From Dehalococcoidia bacterium UBA2979 (lineage in GTDB: Bacteria > Chloroflexota > Dehalococcoidia > UBA2979), in the NCBI GenBank assembly GCA_002348225.1, contig DEAP01000012.1:1-49219 (forward strand): DNA of 49,219 nt, written 5' to 3'. Below, piece by piece: positions 37,707-47,582 of the stretch. The notes under the pieces are model-generated. The model made no database searches. It was given only the letters and a program-made list of their open reading frames with translations, and was not told the DNA's origin. Position 1 is the stretch's first letter. Each line of letters opens with the position of its first letter. The position numbers and the translations under genes are program-made.

Positions 37707-37739
37707 GCGCGGCCTTCAGGCTGGCGCTCTTTTTATTTT
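37707..37739 (+). terminator. Terminator-like hairpin in the nusA leader (possible autoregulatory attenuator)
   Basis: GCGCGGCC-ttca-GGCTgGCGC followed by TCTTTTTATTTT, ending just before the nusA SD. Confidence 0.6.
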
Positions 37740-37748
37740 GGGGGACGA

Positions 37749-39332
37749 ATGAGTACGAACGAATTAGTTACGGCAATTAAGCAGGTCTCTGATCAGAAAG
37801 GCCTGAATACGTCTATTGTGCTGACGAAGGTAGAATCGGCGGTCGCTTCTGCCTTGCGCAAGGATGACCTTCAGTATGCTGAAATAAAAGTCCGGATCGA
37901 CGAAGCAACGTCCTATATCACGGCTGAGCGACTGTACACAGTTATGCCTTATGAAGAGATTGAGGATGACGAAATTGAAGTGTCAGCTGATCGAGCTGCA
38001 ACGATGGGTTTCTCGAACGCCAAGACTGGCGATGTCATTAATGAGCCAATTGAGCAGCAGCGAGTTGACGAAGCCGGCCGAGTAGCTGCTCAGACCGCGA
38101 AGCAGGTTGTGTCCCAGGGACTTCGGGAGGCAGAAAGAGAAGCAGTTTTTGAGGAGTTTGTCGGAAAAGAAGGGGAGCTCACATCAGGTGTGGTCCTCAG
38201 GGTCGAAAGTGGCCGCCGGCAGGTTGTCATTGATCTTGGACGCGCTGAGGCAGTGTTGCCATGGGCTGAACAGATACGGCCAGAGCACTATCGTCAGGGT
38301 CAGCGAATTCGTGTATTTATCAAAGAAGTGTACAGGGCGGCTAAAGGCCCCCAGATTGTTGTGTCTCGATCGCATCCGGACGTGCTCAAGCGGTTGTTTG
38401 AGTTGGAAATCCCTGAAATTAGCAGAGGGACTGTCGAAATAATGGCTATAGCCCGTGATGCTGGTTTTCGGTCAAAGGTTGCGGTCATTTCACGTCAACA
38501 TGGAGTTGATCCTATCGGAGCCTGTGTTGGCCCTCGAGGGGGCAGAATACAGAATATTGTTACAGAACTTGGTGGGGAACGCATCGACATACTTCGTTGG
38601 GATCCGAATGAAATCGCCTACGCAGCCAATGCTATTTCGCCGGCCCAGGTGATTTCAATTGGCTTGAACTCTCCAGAAAATACGATAGAAATTGGAATAC
38701 CTGATAGGCAAATGGCATTAGCTATAGGTAAAGAGGGGCAAAATGCCAGACTCGCGGCTAAATTGATTGGTCGGAGAGTCTCCCTCAATGCTGAAAGTAC
38801 GTTGCTAGAATCTGGCGTGGATTTGATACCGCCGCCGGAACCAAACATGGAAGCCGTTATGCTCAGTCGAACGCCTGCGACCAGAGCTACAGATTCCTCT
38901 GATTCATCGGCCAGTACCGGCCTCCTCGATCAAGGCAGTTCTGAGGCTGTTCAGGATGCTGATGACAAAGACTCCGCAGCTTCGAAGCAATTGACGCCTG
39001 AGATGGAAATTCTTGCCGCGTTCGCTCCTGAGAGTGATGCCGATGATGCAGTACTAACTGCGGACGTTGATGAAACGGAGATTGCGGAGATCACACCAGA
39101 GATTGAGGAGAAACCCTCAGCCTCTGGCATTCGATTTGGTGATCAGATAGAAGAATTACGTCGGGAGGAAGAAGAAATACGTCCAGGTAAAAAGGGCCAG
39201 AATAAGCGGAAGCGTGGCCAGGATAGAGGACCTGCAAGGCAGTCCCAGGGACGCCGATTTGATTATGATGAAGATGAGATCGAGGCTGCTCTCTCCGGAG
39301 ATGACTACTTCGATGAAGAATTTGATATTTAG
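37749..39332 (+). CDS. nusA: Transcription termination/antitermination factor NusA with a long charged C-terminal tail
   Basis: GRVAAQTAKQV, REAERE, SRSHP..LKRLFELEIPEI, ARDAG.RSKVAV, DPIGACVG.RG.RI, LAIGKEGQNARLAAKL. Confidence 0.97.
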   Translation: MSTNELVTAIKQVSDQKGLNTSIVLTKVESAVASALRKDDLQYAEIKVRIDEATSYITAERLYTVMPYEEIEDDEIEVSADRAATMGFSNAKTGDVINEPIEQQRVDEAGRVAAQTAKQVVSQGLREAEREAVFEEFVGKEGELTSGVVLRVESGRRQVVIDLGRAEAVLPWAEQIRPEHYRQGQRIRVFIKEVYRAAKGPQIVVSRSHPDVLKRLFELEIPEISRGTVEIMAIARDAGFRSKVAVISRQHGVDPIGACVGPRGGRIQNIVTELGGERIDILRWDPNEIAYAANAISPAQVISIGLNSPENTIEIGIPDRQMALAIGKEGQNARLAAKLIGRRVSLNAESTLLESGVDLIPPPEPNMEAVMLSRTPATRATDSSDSSASTGLLDQGSSEAVQDADDKDSAASKQLTPEMEILAAFAPESDADDAVLTADVDETEIAEITPEIEEKPSASGIRFGDQIEELRREEEEIRPGKKGQNKRKRGQDRGPARQSQGRRFDYDEDEIEAALSGDDYFDEEFDI

Positions 39333-39350
39333 CTTTGGTGAGAAACTGAA

Positions 39351-41120
39351 ATGACCGTTGATCAAGAAAAAATAACTCTTCCATCCGCAATTGTGGTCAG
39401 GGATCTGGCAGAGATCCTTGATACCACCCCTGTAGAGGTGGTCAAGGCACTAATGCAGAATGGAGTTATGGCGACCGTAGTTCAGGTGATTGATTTTGAC
39501 ACAGCCGCTATTATCGCTGCCGATTTTGGATTTGATGTTGATGCTGAAGGGGATGCACTAGACGACGCCCCGGAAACCGAAGAATCTACGTCGGTACGAT
39601 TGATTGATGATGGAGAAGGTGCCGTCGTTCGGCCACCGGTTGTCACAGTTCTGGGTCATGTTGATCACGGAAAGACCACCCTTTTGGATAGGATCAGGTC
39701 AGCGAATGTCCAAGAAGGTGAAGCCGGTGGCATAACTCAACATATCGGTGCATACCAAGTCAAAGTTGGCGATGGGCGAGTAATTACTTTTCTCGACACG
39801 CCGGGCCATGAGGCATTTACCCAGATGCGGGCTCGAGGAGCCAATATAACGGATGTCGGTATTGTTGTTGTGGCTGCTGATGATGGGCTGATGTTGCAGT
39901 CTCGAGAAGCAATATCGCACGTTAAGGCTGCTCAAGTTCCATTGATCATAGCAATTAATAAAGTTGATTTACCTGATGCGGATTCCGCCAGACTAAAGGG
40001 CCAGCTCACCGAGGAGGGACTCTTACCGGAGGAATTGGGTGGTGACCAGATTGTTGTAGAAATTTCTGCACTTGAAGGCATGGGGATTGACGAGTTGCTG
40101 GAGAACGTGCTCGTAGTAGCAGACCTTGAAGATCTCAAGGCCGATCCCAATAAGCAATCTCAAGGGATCGTATTGGAAGCCAAAAATGATCGACTCAGGG
40201 GAGTTACGGCCACGCTACTTATTCAAACAGGGACGTTACGGGCTGGAGATGTACTTATTGCGGGTACAGCATTCGGTCGTGTGAAAGCAATGTTCGATTC
40301 TGATGGAATGCCGATCGAGTCGGCTGGGCCCTCTACTCCAGTTGAAATTTTGGGGCTATCTGCTATCCCATCAGCTGGCGAATCATTTGAAACGAGTGCT
40401 GATCTGAGATTGGCTCGCCAAGAAGTTGACACTCGCGAGCGGGAGACTTCTGGTACTGGTCAGAGTCAGGCGGTAACGCTAGATTCGTTGTTTGGTGAAA
40501 TTCATAAAGGTAATGTTACGGACTTTAATTTAGTTGTGAAAGCTGACGTGCAAGGCTCAATAGATCCATTGGTCCAGGTACTGGAGGCACAATCGCTTGA
40601 GGAAGTTAATGTCAGGGTTATTCATGCGGCAGTCGGGTCCGTCACTGAGTCGGATGTGCAACTCGCCACAGCGTCCCACGGCGTGGTCATAGCATTTAAC
40701 GTTATGCCTGAGCCAGGCGCTCGTAAATTGTCGGCTGAATCAGGAGTGGAAGTCAGGGAATATAACGTTATATACGATATCGTCGAAGACATCGAGAAGG
40801 CTGTAAATGGTCTTTTGGACCCAATATTCGAGGACCGAGAGGATGGGGTGTCGGAAGTGAGAGCCATTTTCCGCAAAGGCAGAAGAAATGCAATTGCAGG
40901 CTGCTATGTGCGAGACGGAGCGATGGTGAGGAATTCACTGTGCAGAGTCATGCGCAACGGGGAAACAGTCCATGAATCGATCATCGGTAGCCTGAAGCGT
41001 GTTGATGATGACGCTCGAGAGGTCGTAGCTGGTTTGGAGTGCGGAATTATGGTCGACGGGTATGACTCGTTTGAAGAAGGTGACGAGATTGTAGCTTTTC
41101 ATAAGGAGCAGGTGCGCTGA
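39351..41120 (+). CDS. infB: Translation initiation factor IF-2 (short form)
   Basis: [59 protein letters not shown]. Confidence 0.98.
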   Translation: MTVDQEKITLPSAIVVRDLAEILDTTPVEVVKALMQNGVMATVVQVIDFDTAAIIAADFGFDVDAEGDALDDAPETEESTSVRLIDDGEGAVVRPPVVTVLGHVDHGKTTLLDRIRSANVQEGEAGGITQHIGAYQVKVGDGRVITFLDTPGHEAFTQMRARGANITDVGIVVVAADDGLMLQSREAISHVKAAQVPLIIAINKVDLPDADSARLKGQLTEEGLLPEELGGDQIVVEISALEGMGIDELLENVLVVADLEDLKADPNKQSQGIVLEAKNDRLRGVTATLLIQTGTLRAGDVLIAGTAFGRVKAMFDSDGMPIESAGPSTPVEILGLSAIPSAGESFETSADLRLARQEVDTRERETSGTGQSQAVTLDSLFGEIHKGNVTDFNLVVKADVQGSIDPLVQVLEAQSLEEVNVRVIHAAVGSVTESDVQLATASHGVVIAFNVMPEPGARKLSAESGVEVREYNVIYDIVEDIEKAVNGLLDPIFEDREDGVSEVRAIFRKGRRNAIAGCYVRDGAMVRNSLCRVMRNGETVHESIIGSLKRVDDDAREVVAGLECGIMVDGYDSFEEGDEIVAFHKEQVR

Positions 41121-41455
41121 CACGGCGAATAGAAAGCATCGAAGATAATATTCAGCGAACTCTCGCCGAAATTTTGCCCAGGAGAGTGAAGGATCCTCGG
41201 GTTAAAGATGCCCTGTATACAATTACTGATGTTGACGTGGCGAAGGACCTTTCCTCAGCTAAGATTTTTGTCACTGTACAGGGCGGAAAGGAAGCCGAAG
41301 AATCAGTTATGCTTGGGCTCCAGCAGGCCTCCGGATACTTGAGGCGAGAACTGGGGAAAGAGCTCCGCCTGAGGAGAATTCCAAGACTTGAATTCATCGA
41401 AGACACTTCGTTCGACGAGGCAGATAGACTAACGAAACTGCTTCGAGAACTATAG
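41117..41455 (+). CDS. rbfA: 30S ribosome-binding factor A (probable CTG start)
   Basis: KDPRV, ITDVDVAKDLSSAKIFV, GYLRRELG..LRLRRIPRLEF..D. The in-frame N-terminus TRRIESI begins at CTG 41117, with AAGGAG 8 nt upstream. Confidence 0.92.
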   Translation: MTRRIESIEDNIQRTLAEILPRRVKDPRVKDALYTITDVDVAKDLSSAKIFVTVQGGKEAEESVMLGLQQASGYLRRELGKELRLRRIPRLEFIEDTSFDEADRLTKLLREL

Positions 41456-41461
41456 TGAACT

Positions 41462-42427
41462 ATGAATGGATTTTTCAACCTAGATAAGCCGGTCGGTATT
41501 TCTTCAGGGGAGGCAGTCCGTAGAGTCAAAAAAGAACTAGGTAAAGTCAAAGTCGGGCATGCGGGCACTCTTGACCCAAGCGCTTCCGGAGTACTCCCCA
41601 TACTGGTGGGCAAAGCTACTCGTTTATCTGACGAGTTCCTCGGATACCGAAAAAAATATTTGGCTCAGGTGACTTTTGGTGTGACAACTGATTCATACGA
41701 CGCAGAGGGCAACGTTCTTCAAAAAACATCTGTGGGTGATTTGCCTGAATTATCAGTGGGAGAAATAGCTGGAAGCGTGCGGTCTCTCCTTGAATCACAA
41801 ACAGTATCTACGTCACCTACAGCTCAACCAGGAACTATTATTTTTCAAACCCCTCCACCATATAGTGCGATCAAAACCAATGGGGTTCGAGCATACAAGC
41901 TTGCCCGGGAAAATAAATCCGTGGACCTTTCACCGCGTCCAGTGACCATATATGACTGGAATATTTCAGAAGTATCGGAAGGGCCCGATGAGTATCCGGA
42001 ATGCGACTTAGAGGTAGAGTGCGGACGGGGTTTCTATATTCGTTCATTAGCACATGACTTGGGTCAACATTTAGGTATAGGAGCTCATTTGTCGGCGCTT
42101 CGGCGGACTATGGTGGGCAATTTTGCAATCACCGACGCTATCACTCTTGACGATTTAGTTGTTCGACTGAGATCTGGTTTGATCGATGAGGTTTTACTAC
42201 AGATTGATAGGGTGTTCGAGGATCTTCCGGCAGCTATTCTGACGAGCGAGCAGGTTAAGGATATTGGTTATGGAAATTCAGTTATTCTTTGCCCGACTCG
42301 AGCCTATGCAAAGAGGAATACGTCCACAGAAAGTCTCCGTGGTTACGGGCCGAATGGCGAGCTAATAGCTCTAATGGAGCGTGATTTAGCACTTGGATCG
42401 TGGAGATCAGTCAAAAACTTTGCCTAA
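41462..42427 (+). CDS. truB: tRNA pseudouridine(55) synthase
   Basis: NLDKPVG.SS, KVGHAGTLDPSASGVL, QTPPPYSAIK..G.RAYKLAR, GFYIRSLAHDLG. Confidence 0.96.
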   Translation: MNGFFNLDKPVGISSGEAVRRVKKELGKVKVGHAGTLDPSASGVLPILVGKATRLSDEFLGYRKKYLAQVTFGVTTDSYDAEGNVLQKTSVGDLPELSVGEIAGSVRSLLESQTVSTSPTAQPGTIIFQTPPPYSAIKTNGVRAYKLARENKSVDLSPRPVTIYDWNISEVSEGPDEYPECDLEVECGRGFYIRSLAHDLGQHLGIGAHLSALRRTMVGNFAITDAITLDDLVVRLRSGLIDEVLLQIDRVFEDLPAAILTSEQVKDIGYGNSVILCPTRAYAKRNTSTESLRGYGPNGELIALMERDLALGSWRSVKNFA

Positions 42428-42473
42428 ATTAGCCTACTCCTGCATGAGATTTTACGGGAGAGGGGTAGACATC

Positions 42474-42503
42474 TTGCATTCTAGGCCTTAAAACTGTTAT
42501 AAC
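42474..42503 (+). promoter_or_regulatory. Sigma70-type promoter of the HU gene
   Basis: TTGCAT (42474-79), 18-nt spacer, extended TG-n-TATAAC (hexamer 42498-503). Confidence 0.5.
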
Positions 42504-42535
42504 GCTTTAGCATTTGAACAGATAAGGAGTGGCAA

Positions 42536-42805
42536 ATGAATAAGGGTGAATTAATTAGTGATGCCGCAAAGAGAGCCGGCCTACCAGCTTCTACAGTTGA
42601 GGCCGCAGTGAATGGTTTGCTGGAAAGTATAGGTGAAGCCGTTAAGCGCGGTGATAAGGCGACCCTGACCGGTTGGATCTCGTTTGAGAAAGTCCAGCGG
42701 AGTGCCAGGACTGCCCGGAACCCACAAACCGGCGATGTGGTGAACGTGCCGGCACGCGCGGCTGTTAAAGTGAAGGCCGGGGCCAAACTAAAGAATATGG
42801 TCTAA
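42536..42805 (+). CDS. hup: HU family DNA-binding protein
   Basis: MNKGELI, R.ARTARNPQTG, KVKAGAKLK; SD AAGGAG. Confidence 0.95.
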   Translation: MNKGELISDAAKRAGLPASTVEAAVNGLLESIGEAVKRGDKATLTGWISFEKVQRSARTARNPQTGDVVNVPARAAVKVKAGAKLKNMV

Positions 42806-43686
42806 TCGGCTGCATATTCGCGACCCACGGTCAGGCCAAGCTCAATTAGGGCATTGACCTTTGAGTTATCGGGAGAATTAGCTCGACGTATACAAGTGAT
42901 TTTACGCCGAGCTATCTCCTTTGTAACTGTTATCGACTCTCCACTGTTTGCCACAGATTCCGGAAGCACACTGGTTGCTAGTCCCAGAGATACCATCTGC
43001 CGGAGGATCTGGGGATTAGCGGACTCGACCGTGGTGTACGGACGTATATCAATGCTTTGCAGTCCTCTATCGATCAAGGCCCTTGTTCGAGATCCTGAAG
43101 GGTAGAGAGCCCACTCATCAGGTTCAGAACCAGCACCGATATCGGGTGTGCATAGTAGAAGCGCTTCTTCCATGATGACGGTTGCCGCAAAGTCCTCCGA
43201 GTCATCAATCCCGTCTGGTGGCGATACCACAAACGCAACGTCTAATTGGAAGTCTTTGAGTTGTTCGGTTAGGGTGTCTGAGTCTGCAACGACTATCTGG
43301 ATTTCGACTTCAGGGGCTACTTTTCTGAACGCACTGATTGCCGCTGGCAATAAATAAAGTGAAGCGGCATCAATCATGCCGACACTCAAGGTTCCCCTGA
43401 CTAACTGATTTTCATCGCGCAGACTTTCGGCTAACTCCTTTGCTTCATGCAAGGTTCGGTCAGCAAATTGGACGACTAAGATTCCGGCTGCGGTGAGTAA
43501 CTTTTCGCGGCCCCTCTTCTCAAATAATTTCGTGTCCAATTGTTGTTCAATTTCTTTCACTGCGAGCGATAGAGCAGGCTGCGTCACACCGAGATCGATG
43601 GCTGCGGCTGATAAGGTTTTACGTCTGTTGATGACGCTCAAATATCGTAGGTGTCTCAGGCTTATCTCAAGCTGCGGTTTATACAT
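42802..43686 (-). CDS. LysR-family transcriptional regulator
   Basis: LRHLRYL…LSAAAIDLGVTQPALSLAVKEIEQQLDTKLFEK, LT.AG, and a substrate-binding domain. Confidence 0.93.
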   Translation of the reverse strand: MYKPQLEISLRHLRYLSVINRRKTLSAAAIDLGVTQPALSLAVKEIEQQLDTKLFEKRGREKLLTAAGILVVQFADRTLHEAKELAESLRDENQLVRGTLSVGMIDAASLYLLPAAISAFRKVAPEVEIQIVVADSDTLTEQLKDFQLDVAFVVSPPDGIDDSEDFAATVIMEEALLLCTPDIGAGSEPDEWALYPSGSRTRALIDRGLQSIDIRPYTTVESANPQILRQMVSLGLATSVLPESVANSGESITVTKEIARRKITCIRRANSPDNSKVNALIELGLTVGREYAAD

Positions 43687-43692
43687 TAGGAA

Positions 43693-43714
43693 TATTAATA
43701 TATCATATTTAATA
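43693..43714. promoter_or_regulatory. AT-rich inverted repeat (candidate LysR site) between lysR and ino1
   Basis: TATTAA-N10-TTAATA just upstream of TTGACT (43722-27), a possible ino1 -35. Confidence 0.4.
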
Positions 43715-43787
43715 TATTAAATTGACTGAATTATTCATCTGCGTGAGTATTAATGTAGGAAATTAACTAACAGGGAGGGCTTACTGA

Positions 43788-44882
43788 ATGGCCAAGAAGA
43801 AAGCTTCAAATAAAAAAGTACGTGTAGCTATTATTGGCGTCGGAAATTGCGCTTCGTCATTGGTGCAAGGTGTGGAGTTCTATAAGTCAGCTGAGGCCAG
43901 TGACGAAATTCCTGGTCTGATGCATCCGGTCTTAGGCGAGTATCACATAAATGATATTGAATTCACTGCTGCATTTGATGTTGATAGCGATAAGGTTGGA
44001 AAAGACTTGTCCGAGGCTATCTATGCCGGACAAAATAACACCTACAAATTCAGTGATGTCCCTAAGACCGGCGTGACCGTCGAGCGGGGTATGACACACG
44101 ACGGGATCGGAAAATACTTGTCAGAAGTGATTGAGAAGGCTCCCGGACAGACTGCTGATGTGGCTCAGATTTTGAAGGATACAAAAACCGATGTAGTAAT
44201 TTCATATCTTCCAGTTGGAAGTGAAACTGCTACCAAGTGGTATGTAGAACAAATCTTGTCAGCTGGCTGTGCATTTATTAACTGCATTCCTGTGTTTATT
44301 GCGAGGGAAAATTATTGGGCCGAGAGATTCGAGAAGGCTGGTTTGCCAATAATTGGCGATGACATCAAGAGTCAAGTAGGCGCAACCATATTGCATCGTC
44401 TTCTTGTAAGGCTGTTTCAAGACAGAGGTGTGCAAATTGACCGGACCTACCAGCTTAACTTTGGCGGCAATACAGATTTCATGAATATGCTTGAACGGGA
44501 GCGATTAGAATCTAAGAAAATTTCCAAAACATCAGCTGTTACAAGTCAGATAGAGTACGGATTGCCGGATGCGGATATCCACGTGGGGCCATCAGACTAC
44601 GTTCCCTGGCTTCTCGATCGAAAATGGTGTCATATACGGGTTGAAGGTACTACGTTTGGCAACGTTCCTCTCAACTTGGAGACAAAACTGGAAGTCTGGG
44701 ATAGTCCAAACTCAGCGGGAGTGGTAATTGACGCAGTGCGATGCGCAAAATTAGCTCTGGATCGAGGGGTAGGGGGACCAATATATGAGGCGTCCGCTTA
44801 CTTCATGAAGTCACCACCGCGACAAATGCGTGATGAGGTTGCGAGGCTTGCTTTGGAGGACTTCATCGACGCAAAGTCTTAA
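43788..44882 (+). CDS. ino1: myo-Inositol-1(3)-phosphate synthase
   Basis: [68 protein letters not shown]. Confidence 0.97.
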   Translation: MAKKKASNKKVRVAIIGVGNCASSLVQGVEFYKSAEASDEIPGLMHPVLGEYHINDIEFTAAFDVDSDKVGKDLSEAIYAGQNNTYKFSDVPKTGVTVERGMTHDGIGKYLSEVIEKAPGQTADVAQILKDTKTDVVISYLPVGSETATKWYVEQILSAGCAFINCIPVFIARENYWAERFEKAGLPIIGDDIKSQVGATILHRLLVRLFQDRGVQIDRTYQLNFGGNTDFMNMLERERLESKKISKTSAVTSQIEYGLPDADIHVGPSDYVPWLLDRKWCHIRVEGTTFGNVPLNLETKLEVWDSPNSAGVVIDAVRCAKLALDRGVGGPIYEASAYFMKSPPRQMRDEVARLALEDFIDAKS

Positions 44883-44967
44883 CCTCGCTCTCATCTCGAG
44901 GATATTCAATTTCATTTCGCACCTAAACACGGCGGGAAGTATATGATTTTCCTATGGATGTGGAGAC

Positions 44968-45849
44968 GTGAAAACAACTCTTGTATACGCAAGTAAGATA
45001 GCGAACCTGCTTCCTATTTCGTTGGCTTATTTTTTGACTGATGCAGTCGGTTGGGCTGCATTCCTTATTATGCGGAAACGGAGCCGGATCACGACGCAAA
45101 ATATGCTCCATATAACAGATGGGGATAGCCTCGTAGCTCGAAGACTGGCACGGGAATCCTTTCAATCGTACGCAGCGTATGCTCTCGACTTTCTGAAAGT
45201 ACTATCTATCTCGGGTGATGACTATATCCGTGATGTTCGAAAACAGGTGACCATTGTCGGAGGGGAAATTGCCGAGAGAGCAAGAATGGGGAAGGGACTC
45301 ATTGCAGTAGGGCTGCATGCAGGTATGTGGGACTTTGGTCCAGCCGCTGCAAGTCAGATTCTTGGGATGCCAGCCAGCGTAGTAATCGACCAATTTGAAA
45401 ACGAACGGTTGAATTTTCTGCTTCAGAAGATAAGGTCGTTGTTGGGTATCAGTCTTATTTCATCAGACAATGGGGCTTTGCAAATTCGTCGAGAACTCAG
45501 GAATAACCACCTTGTGAACATTTTGATAGACGTTCCGCCAACGGGGAAAGATGCGATAACCGTAACTTTTTTTGGGTCGGAAGTGGATATTCACAGCGGA
45601 CCTGCACGAATGTGTTTGCTTTCAGGGGCTTCTCTGGTTGTGGGGATTCCGTTCCGACAAAAAAAATCGGAAAATCTTGTGAGGCTTGTGATACAACCGG
45701 TGGAATACGAATTGACTGGTGAACTGGAAAATGACGTCAGGGGCCTGAGCCAGGAACTCATGCTGACTCTGGAGCGTTTGATCAGGGAAGATCCGTCGCA
45801 GTGGCACATGTTTAGATATTTTTGGACTAGTGACAGGTCTACGAATTAG
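44968..45849 (+). CDS. Lysophospholipid acyltransferase, PatA/HtrB-like
   Basis: H-x4-D motif GLHAGMWD, ILIDVP, VTFFG, GPARM, IREDPSQWHMFR. Confidence 0.85.
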   Translation: MKTTLVYASKIANLLPISLAYFLTDAVGWAAFLIMRKRSRITTQNMLHITDGDSLVARRLARESFQSYAAYALDFLKVLSISGDDYIRDVRKQVTIVGGEIAERARMGKGLIAVGLHAGMWDFGPAAASQILGMPASVVIDQFENERLNFLLQKIRSLLGISLISSDNGALQIRRELRNNHLVNILIDVPPTGKDAITVTFFGSEVDIHSGPARMCLLSGASLVVGIPFRQKKSENLVRLVIQPVEYELTGELENDVRGLSQELMLTLERLIREDPSQWHMFRYFWTSDRSTN

Positions 45850-45851
45850 CC

Positions 45852-46775
45852 ATGCGTAAACTCAGGACTTGGGTGAGCGATGTCATACACTACCTCCTGT
45901 TGCGGGTTAGTGCGGCATTTTCTTCTGTTATGCCAGATGCCGTGATCGACATAGCGGCGCGTATTACCGGTTTCATAGCGTGGAATGCATCCTCCGATCT
46001 TCGGAGAGTGACGACGGGCCACATGCGGCAAGTGTTACCTGTCAACAGCCCGGAGAAACTGATAGATGATAAGGCTCGGGAGATATTGATTAATGTCTCC
46101 CGATATTATTTTGATCTTGGTCGTTACCCGCGGCTTATTGGGCCTGATTTTGCTGAATATATCGATGAATTCCACGGGCTTGAAGTTTTGTTCGAGGCGT
46201 TTGATCGGGGCAATGGAGTCATCATCGTGTCTGCTCACCTGGGCAATCCTGAGATAGTCGGACAGGCAATTGGGCAGTTTGGTTTATGTGCTGGGGTTAT
46301 TTCCGAGGAGCTACGAAATCCGCGGATTGAACGATATATGCAAAAGATTCGTTCAACTACTGGGGTCCGATTTTTTCCCACAAATTTCAACGGCTTGCTA
46401 CGGGCTCGACGTCATCTACGTGCGGGTGGCCTGCTCGCACTTCTGGGCGATAGGGATATTCAGGGGAATTCAAGCAATTCGCTATTTTTTGGTGCCCAAG
46501 CACCGATCCCCGATGGAATCGTAAGTTTGGCAATGTCAACAGGGGCTGATGTGGTGTCATTTTGGGCACCACGAACCGGTGTTGGAAAATATTCTTTATA
46601 TTTCAAAAAAATTTCCTTTATGGAGGGGGATCAGAGAGACGATATTGCGAGAGGTCATAACATGGAGGTATTGATAGGTGAAATCGAGTATGGAATTACT
46701 CAATGGCCGGAGCAGTGGTTCCCGCTATCTCCTATCTGGTCAATCTCTTCAGAAAACATTCAAACGCATGATTAA
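45852..46775 (+). CDS. Second lysophospholipid acyltransferase, PatA/HtrB-like
   Basis: GVIIVSAHLGNPE (H-x4-E), LLGDRD, FFGA.APIPDG, PEQWF. Confidence 0.85.
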   Translation: MRKLRTWVSDVIHYLLLRVSAAFSSVMPDAVIDIAARITGFIAWNASSDLRRVTTGHMRQVLPVNSPEKLIDDKAREILINVSRYYFDLGRYPRLIGPDFAEYIDEFHGLEVLFEAFDRGNGVIIVSAHLGNPEIVGQAIGQFGLCAGVISEELRNPRIERYMQKIRSTTGVRFFPTNFNGLLRARRHLRAGGLLALLGDRDIQGNSSNSLFFGAQAPIPDGIVSLAMSTGADVVSFWAPRTGVGKYSLYFKKISFMEGDQRDDIARGHNMEVLIGEIEYGITQWPEQWFPLSPIWSISSENIQTHD

Positions 46776-46795
46776 GAGAAGTAAAGCAAAAGAAC

Positions 46796-46801
46796 TATAA
46801 T
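46796..46801 (+). promoter_or_regulatory. Consensus -10 box for a probably leaderless PHP-GT4 transcript
   Basis: TATAAT 7 nt upstream of ATG 46809; no SD. Confidence 0.5.
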
Positions 46802-46808
46802 TACTCTG

Positions 46809-47582
46809 ATGCCACCTACTCAAGACCCACTGTGTTCGGGCTTCGGGAAAGCCGACCTGCAGGTGCATACCGCCTTCGGTGACGGGATGGAAGATGCTCA
46901 AACACTTTTCGATTTCGTTGAAAAACAGAATACCCTGAACGTTGTTGCCGTAACGGATCATGATGACGTTGCAGGCTCTCTACTGGCCCGCGAAATTCAT
47001 ACCAAAAATAGCTACTCTTTTGATTTGGTGACAGGTATCGAAATAACGACTAGATCTGGTCACCTGCTGGCACTATGGGTAGATGAACCAATTCCCTCAT
47101 TTAGGTCCCTATCGGACACAATCAGAATGATCCATGAGAAGGGTGGATTGGCGATAATTCCACACCCTTTTTCACATTTGACGAGATCGGTGGGACGGGG
47201 GGCGTTGCAAAAGGTTATGAACGGCTCCGACGAGAGTACATTCCCTGATGGTATTGAAACTGCCAGCCCAAGCTCTATGCATCCACTGGCGGGTTTGCAT
47301 GCTGGTAAGAAAGTGGTGGGCTACAACAGTCGGCACTGGAAACTCGCAGAAACAGGTGGTTCAGATGCTCACTTCGTTGAGGCGGTGGGCAGCGCGTATA
47401 CCAGTTTTCCAGGAAAAAACTCAGAGTCTCTCAGGCAAGCCATTATGGACAGGACTACCCAAGGTCACTTGGACCCGCAGTTTTCTATCGGCAGTATTGG
47501 GCTAAGTCGACTTGTTAGGCAGCAAGTTCGAGGTTTATCGGTGACACCAAAAAAAATTATTGAAAAATGGCGACAGAAATAG
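46809..47582 (+). CDS. PHP-family metal-dependent phosphoesterase
   Basis: ADLQVHT (first His replaced by Gln), AVTDHD, GIEIT..GHLL, IPHP, GGSDAH. Confidence 0.87.
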   Translation: MPPTQDPLCSGFGKADLQVHTAFGDGMEDAQTLFDFVEKQNTLNVVAVTDHDDVAGSLLAREIHTKNSYSFDLVTGIEITTRSGHLLALWVDEPIPSFRSLSDTIRMIHEKGGLAIIPHPFSHLTRSVGRGALQKVMNGSDESTFPDGIETASPSSMHPLAGLHAGKKVVGYNSRHWKLAETGGSDAHFVEAVGSAYTSFPGKNSESLRQAIMDRTTQGHLDPQFSIGSIGLSRLVRQQVRGLSVTPKKIIEKWRQK

